Virus record (IMG/VR): IMGVR_UViG_3300023174_000046
Location: 62,001 to 126,000 of that record
Length of the DNA stretch: 64,000 bases
Strand: one strand, 5' to 3'
Shown here: positions 59,901 to 64,000 of the stretch, piece by piece
Position numbering within the stretch: the first letter of the stretch is position 1
Layout: each line of letters starts with the position of its first letter
Translations under genes and position numbers: made by a program
Notes under the pieces: generated by a model
Database searches by the model: none
Told to the model about the DNA's origin: nothing
Seen by the model: the letters and a program-made list of their open reading frames with translations, nothing else

Positions 59901-60425
59901 CTTAAGCGTGTTCTTGACCTTGCAAGTATTAAGCGAAACAAATTATTCGGTAATAAAAATCAAAATAATTACAGCTTTTCGAGCAATTTGCTTGAAACTA
60001 ATCTTGGCAATATCATAAATCTCGAAACTGACACTTTTTCAGCTACAGAAATACTTGTTGCGAAAGAAAAGTTTTCCAGTACTTACAAACCTGTAAACAC
60101 AACAATTATTAATGAGTATTCAGCAACTGATATAATTCCTTTTTCAGAATTTTCCTATGATTGGGGTTGGGGATTGGTAGCACCACAAACACTTTCAGGC
60201 TTGAATATTGGTGGTTATTATGACTTTTATCGTCTTAATATTACAGATCAACAGATTTATGATAATATAATTGATTTTAATAACCAAAATTCAAATATTA
60301 CACCCAATCTCAGCACATACAATGATTTTTACGGTGAAAATGGAATTGTAGATCAAAATATTACATACGCCTTTGTTAACGGCTTGAGATTAATCTCCAG
60401 TGCAATGAACGTATATTACAATTAA
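56919..60425 (+). CDS. Large baseplate protein (gp7-like position) with PKD domain and NHL-like beta-propeller
   Basis: WDFGDGT...H.YKYPG.Y.V.L (PKD); repeats PSSIALD, PSSVDVD, IVIDRN, ITVDGN. Confidence 0.7.
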   Translation: MALINTNELYIKVFDHTGAPILSTYALPQTPLTFVPDYSIVQLLSSVSFVSSLTSYTNTFYIPDTNDYSNIKIRWDFGDGTYQISPTGVHAYKYPGLYKVKLYLINENGESFKNNFVANVNIYNFLKDEWNFSPYKDFIVDIPAGRLSDKITINRQNSWQTYNVLSGTGYTFNLYSSGSGTYYYDVKNYYMDKWAHLKKFFKFIEKQTINDVLQDVIVDKVKTSNTEIYAKKVSDNIVICNKDDSGAFFVGTTGSADFYYTDDSNKNNTSTNDPIFIFANLDTSKFYDSLGFADQVYDKLTPLELSYLNTIPAVLPIIKTRYNPAATFTITSNGLDGEGDTTINSFALNKTSFANTKIPFVLKLKDQDNYTTKSYPYLSSTDSMPLTSYFFKINLLDENNTIVPSVSFFKTDFEKDIFQSGGFYRGYFVCDREVQNAKLSASVYIDDIPNFEQDTAFVFYSQPYTHYIPRIFSNILYNSIPGQQFATTTTTYDFLDTIDNRSIFTITQIPSSNNSDNDYCFWAADSDSDRLLKMSYTGDILATINLSAATLSDGTVADLRNIYGSASPSSIALDNNNNAFVTLFDSGSVIRINNITNLIDRIGIPPVSAITTNTFLTSSDYIANQGWVGEFTLLPSSVDVDKNGEVYVVYTHPQFTALTRFDNNLNYKKRISGFFGLNNYAQKIVIDRNNNIWMATTRKDTSSTGSANLSGKNDFIWILKDTAATPLGIPALTTFAGFKQISDITVDGNQNCWVSHDISTVTKLEYNPITQESTRYDFNMGEVYGNATDYLQSIEGISCNSLNEIVIVNNFDLKIYFLDASSTTQPVLSSLKQIQLQSAPNNFMEYPISAYYDSKYQAGGDFLGYNWINKYYYFSSNTKILTGTSSTFNIYPASGYNLMFKENENFDGEQMYRNMALMETLQDKNVFFDDFLGKIVGNQQSNANSALLKKIYEKIANFSDNIANVDTCNVDSLISKCNMFDVTYENYNYPYPASLKRVLDLASIKRNKLFGNKNQNNYSFSSNLLETNLGNIINLETDTFSATEILVAKEKFSSTYKPVNTTIINEYSATDIIPFSEFSYDWGWGLVAPQTLSGLNIGGYYDFYRLNITDQQIYDNIIDFNNQNSNITPNLSTYNDFYGENGIVDQNITYAFVNGLRLISSAMNVYYN

Positions 60426-60437
60426 ATAATACATAAT

Positions 60438-63400
60438 ATGTCCGATATTCTAGAGAATAATGTAATAGCAGTATCGGTTCCCGACTCTATAGTCTCGGGT
60501 GTTACACAAAATGCTGTTGACTTCAATAAACCACTATCTTTTACCGAATGGTTGGTGCGTACCAATCCAACTGAAACTGATAATGCTTATTTGATTGGCC
60601 AATACAAGTTATACCTATTAGCTTGGTATAAGAGTAAAAATTTAGATACTAAAAATACAGAAGATTTTGTTCGCTCTTCTTTTATTTCTCTATTAAGAGA
60701 GATTTTATTAAACTACTCAACATTAGAGGAACGTAGATTTGTAAGCAATGCTGATTTTACTAATGATTTAGATCTTTACGCAATTTTACCTTTTTTTGTT
60801 AAAAAAATAAAAGAAATCTGCAATTATTACGCGCTATTAAGACAGAATGTCAATTTTAAAAAATACGAAAACAGCTTGAAGGGCTCACAAGGTGGTGTTC
60901 TTTCTCTCTTAAAAAATGAAATTTATAAAAGCTTGCAAGCAATTCAGATATCATCAGCTGAATCAAACTTACTAAATCTATCTGCAGTTAAAAATAACTT
61001 AACTCTTGAAATAAAAGAATTGTTTGACGATTCACAATACTTTGATTTGAACCCTGCGCTCCCTGCTACAACATACAATCCCACGTTTACATCACAATTC
61101 TACTCATCAAACCTTAACGATTTAAATTCTACCTTATATACTGATTTTGATCAAAGTATAGTAGACGCAATAAAATCTTACCCATTCTTCTTAAATGATT
61201 TTAAAACTTCTTATTCAATTAATGTACAAGTACAAGCAACTGATCTAGAATATCTCAGAGACAAAGACTTTATAAACCAAATTAATAATCAAGATAAAAC
61301 TAATTTAAATCTTAATCTCGAAAAAGAGTTAATAGAAAAATTTATAGGTACCGATTACTACTATATTAGTACTGGAACAACTACAACAGATTTTGTATCT
61401 GGTGTTCTTTTTAAAGCTCAAGATAAAGCATCCAACTTTCTCAATAAACGTTTTCCTTCTGTTGCATCAGTACAAAACGAAAGTGATTTAAAAACTATAC
61501 GAGAGATTGGTGGTTTCTTTTTACCTGATAGATTAGGTGTTTTAAACTTTAATAATTTTAAGTATAAAGTAGAAATTGATAAAACACAACTACAACCTAA
61601 TAAAGTTTATGTTTTTCCGGACCCCTACAAATATGGTAATATTTCAAACCTTTCTTTAACTGATTTTGAAAGCCCTTTAATTTACGAAGAAGATGTGTCA
61701 TGGATGCATTACAACAGAACAGCTCAATATCTTTATGGTAACATTGTAAATAACCCACTCTATAAAAACTTTCACGCCTATCATAGTAGAAGTCAAACAG
61801 TTGGTTATGAGCCCATTGGTGTATCACGTGATATTGATAGCACTGAATTTTTTGAAGGCACAGGTAAAGATATTTGGGCAAATTCAGATGTATTTCCTGT
61901 TGTAGAAAATGTGCTGCCTATAGATGCACGTCAACTCAATTTACTTGCTATAAACAAAACTCTCGTCAAATATAAAAATGATATTTACGGCAATAATTAC
62001 GGGTTGTTTAAAGAAATTAACCCTGTAGGTGTTGGCCCCGATGGTAGCAATCAAGGTGATTTTATTTCTCAAGATGAATTAAACTTTTTTAATTTTACTG
62101 GTGGTCGTGGTGGACTAAACGGTACTGGTCGCAAAGGACTCTCTTATAATCAATTTAACGAACTAAGATCAACACAGAAAAAACCGTGTATGATACTTGA
62201 TGGGTATGTATTTTACGATATAACGGACGGTTATAATTTTAATTACTCAGTACCTAATCCTGACAAAAGAGTGTCTGGTGTCTTTACAAGAACTGTAACT
62301 CAAATACCACCAGGCAGCGGTTACTACACATCTGGACCCAGTATTCTCTCTGCAGCACCCGATCCATATATTAATTATAAAATTTCGTTTCCTTATTCTG
62401 CACCACCTAGCTTTAAGCCACTACCAACACCTTTGCTTCTTGTAGCGTACGGCAAAGGTCATTTTGTGCCTGATGATTTTTGCGATGTTAATACTGTAAG
62501 TTATTGTTTAGTGTTAGATTGTGTTACCTTTCTCGATTCACTGAGCAATGCAAGATTAGACGTATCATCTGATTTACCTTCATGGTCAACCGCTATACCT
62601 GTATATTACAGTGAATTACTCGAAGGCAGCTTAACAACTTCACTAACTAAGCCAAACAATATAGATAGAGCTACCTTCTCTTACACATACCCCGCTTCCG
62701 CGCAAGTAATACAGGAGTTAAATGGTTACAGGTTTAATCTTCAAGGACAAACACCTTGCGCAGTGAATAATACTGCAATTACACCAGGATTGGATTACAA
62801 TATTGATAATTCAAGCTTTGTAAACTTGCCTGTTCTGCCTGCTTTTGAAACCAAGGTTCAAGACTTATCTACTTCTCTTATTGGCAACAAAACCATTTAT
62901 GCAGGCCGTAACGAAGTAGTTGGTACTATGTATTACAAAAACGCTAATACCTCACGGGTAGATCTCATTCAAGATGCACTATCTTCTGTTTTTGCAAAAT
63001 ATCCAATAGATGTTCAAAATAATATATCACAAGGTGTAATCAACTTTGATCTCATTTTCAATGTTATTTTCATTGAAACAGTTAATTATTTTATAATTGA
63101 TAAATTAGACTATGATTACGAACAAAATAATGTTGAACCGTACAATAGCGATAAAAATTTCTTACCTACATACATAGTAGATAAAAATATTGAAAAAATA
63201 AGCAATATTTTCTATAATGAAAAATTAAACGAAGTTGTCTTTACCCGCATGGTATTGCTACCAACAATGAGTGCCAGCAATTTAAAGATTATCTACCCTG
63301 AAATTTATAAAATTGATATAACAACCCCGGTAATTAAAAAACTTTATCCAAATTTTGAATTAACTTATAATAACTTATCGAGCTTTATTCATATTGACGC

Positions 63401-64000
63401 AGATACAAATGTTGAGCGAATTGATAAGCCTATTATTTCATATAATGAAGATTCAAAAACATATCTAATAAATTATCTTGCTAAAGATAGCAATAACGTA
63501 TTTTTTAATGTTTTTGAAGAATTTCAAATAAAGAATAGTGATATTATTTTCTTACAAAACGTATTCTATAAGCCTGAATACTTTATTAAAGATTATAATT
63601 TTACAGTTATCAATTCAATAACTGCACTCCAAGGCAATTTACTAGCCGGTACACTTTCATCTTTTCAAAATATCAATACACACACATATTGGTTCTGTAT
63701 TTCCTCTGAGCCTATAGTTATTGTTCCTGAATACATTGTTTGTTCTTATGGTATAGCGTTTGAACCAATAACTACTCCTGTGCCTACACCTTCTGTGACA
63801 CCAACAGTCACACCAACACCAACACCTACACCACCACCAACACCTACACTTCCTCCGTGGACCAATACATGTTCCACTTACAGCATCCAAGTTAGCGGGG
63901 CAGGTCTACTTGCAGCAAATGGCATGTATATTTTCTCTGCTGGTGACACTCTATTTTTCAGTGATTCATCACAATTTACTGTATTTTATCAATCAACAAG
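60438..64000 (+). CDS. Large virion structural protein, 3' truncated (missing from the ORF track because it has no stop in the window)
   Basis: TAAATA-N9-ATG, MSDILENNVIAVSVPDS...; the Pro/Thr repeat at 63762-63858 lies in the same frame (both ends translated by hand, middle not checked codon by codon). Confidence 0.8.
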   Translation, partial: MSDILENNVIAVSVPDSIVSGVTQNAVDFNKPLSFTEWLVRTNPTETDNAYLIGQYKLYLLAWYKSKNLDTKNTEDFVRSSFISLLREILLNYSTLEERRFVSNADFTNDLDLYAILPFFVKKIKEICNYYALLRQNVNFKKYENSLKGSQGGVLSLLKNEIYKSLQAIQISSAESNLLNLSAVKNNLTLEIKELFDDSQYFDLNPALPATTYNPTFTSQFYSSNLNDLNSTLYTDFDQSIVDAIKSYPFFLNDFKTSYSINVQVQATDLEYLRDKDFINQINNQDKTNLNLNLEKELIEKFIGTDYYYISTGTTTTDFVSGVLFKAQDKASNFLNKRFPSVASVQNESDLKTIREIGGFFLPDRLGVLNFNNFKYKVEIDKTQLQPNKVYVFPDPYKYGNISNLSLTDFESPLIYEEDVSWMHYNRTAQYLYGNIVNNPLYKNFHAYHSRSQTVGYEPIGVSRDIDSTEFFEGTGKDIWANSDVFPVVENVLPIDARQLNLLAINKTLVKYKNDIYGNNYGLFKEINPVGVGPDGSNQGDFISQDELNFFNFTGGRGGLNGTGRKGLSYNQFNELRSTQKKPCMILDGYVFYDITDGYNFNYSVPNPDKRVSGVFTRTVTQIPPGSGYYTSGPSILSAAPDPYINYKISFPYSAPPSFKPLPTPLLLVAYGKGHFVPDDFCDVNTVSYCLVLDCVTFLDSLSNARLDVSSDLPSWSTAIPVYYSELLEGSLTTSLTKPNNIDRATFSYTYPASAQVIQELNGYRFNLQGQTPCAVNNTAITPGLDYNIDNSSFVNLPVLPAFETKVQDLSTSLIGNKTIYAGRNEVVGTMYYKNANTSRVDLIQDALSSVFAKYPIDVQNNISQGVINFDLIFNVIFIETVNYFIIDKLDYDYEQNNVEPYNSDKNFLPTYIVDKNIEKISNIFYNEKLNEVVFTRMVLLPTMSASNLKIIYPEIYKIDITTPVIKKLYPNFELTYNNLSSFIHIDADTNVERIDKPIISYNEDSKTYLINYLAKDSNNVFFNVFEEFQIKNSDIIFLQNVFYKPEYFIKDYNFTVINSITALQGNLLAGTLSSFQNINTHTYWFCISSEPIVIVPEYIVCSYGIAFEPITTPVPTPSVTPTVTPTPTPTPPPTPTLPPWTNTCSTYSIQVSGAGLLAANGMYIFSAGDTLFFSDSSQFTVFYQST
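63762..63858 (+). repeat. Coding Pro/Thr repeat linker ([32 protein letters not shown])
   Basis: acacca/acacct tandem units. Confidence 0.85.

Noticed and set aside
2078-63890. Numerous short nested or antisense ORFs in the track (e.g. 2078-2329, 28668-29120, 45777-46268, 51568-51972, 63657-63890)
   Set aside because: Contained within well-supported genes on another frame or strand, without motifs or promoter signals
1-64000. Alternative genetic code or stop-codon reassignment
   Set aside because: Core genes are full length in code 11, and TAA, TAG and TGA all terminate conserved proteins
1-64000. tRNA or rRNA genes
   Set aside because: Intergenic gaps are under ~100 bp and AT-rich; no cloverleaf or T-loop context recognised

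Overview
A 64 kb, AT-rich, very densely coded segment of a large T4-like myophage, most likely environmental and uncultured. It carries the core T4-like replication and recombination block (uvsY, uvsW, gp55, gp47, gp46, gp43, uvsX, gp41, gp59, gp32, gp45, gp61, gp44, dUTPase). It also carries a packaging, neck, tail and baseplate block (gp14, gp17, gp3, gp18, gp19, gp54/gp48-like, gp26/gp51-like, tape measure-like, gp53, gp27-like, gp16, gp25, gp6, large PKD/propeller proteins). Accessory genes include PhoH, 7-deazaguanine enzymes (FolE, QueD, QueC plus an adjacent stand-alone class II glutamine amidotransferase), two glycosyltransferases, an NDP-rhamnose epimerase/reductase, a methyltransferase and ribosomal protein bS21. 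The most striking system-level signal lies in the intergenic DNA. Most operon-leading genes have a promoter 5-9 nt before the start codon, either sigma70-like TTGAWW-N15/17-TAWWAT or late gp55-type TAAATA. I saw no Shine-Dalgarno motif, and downstream genes are mostly linked by stop/start overlaps. This points to a largely leaderless, SD-independent expression program in a phage that encodes its own bS21. Other candidates are a replisome-embedded QueC-Gat-glycosyltransferase cassette, about 13 proteins sharing a T4 capsid-targeting-like N-terminus, a Pro/Thr-repeat-flanked beta-propeller cassette that may be swappable, and a catalytically dead DHH-family protein. All protein calls come from motif recognition and synteny by eye; no database searches were run.
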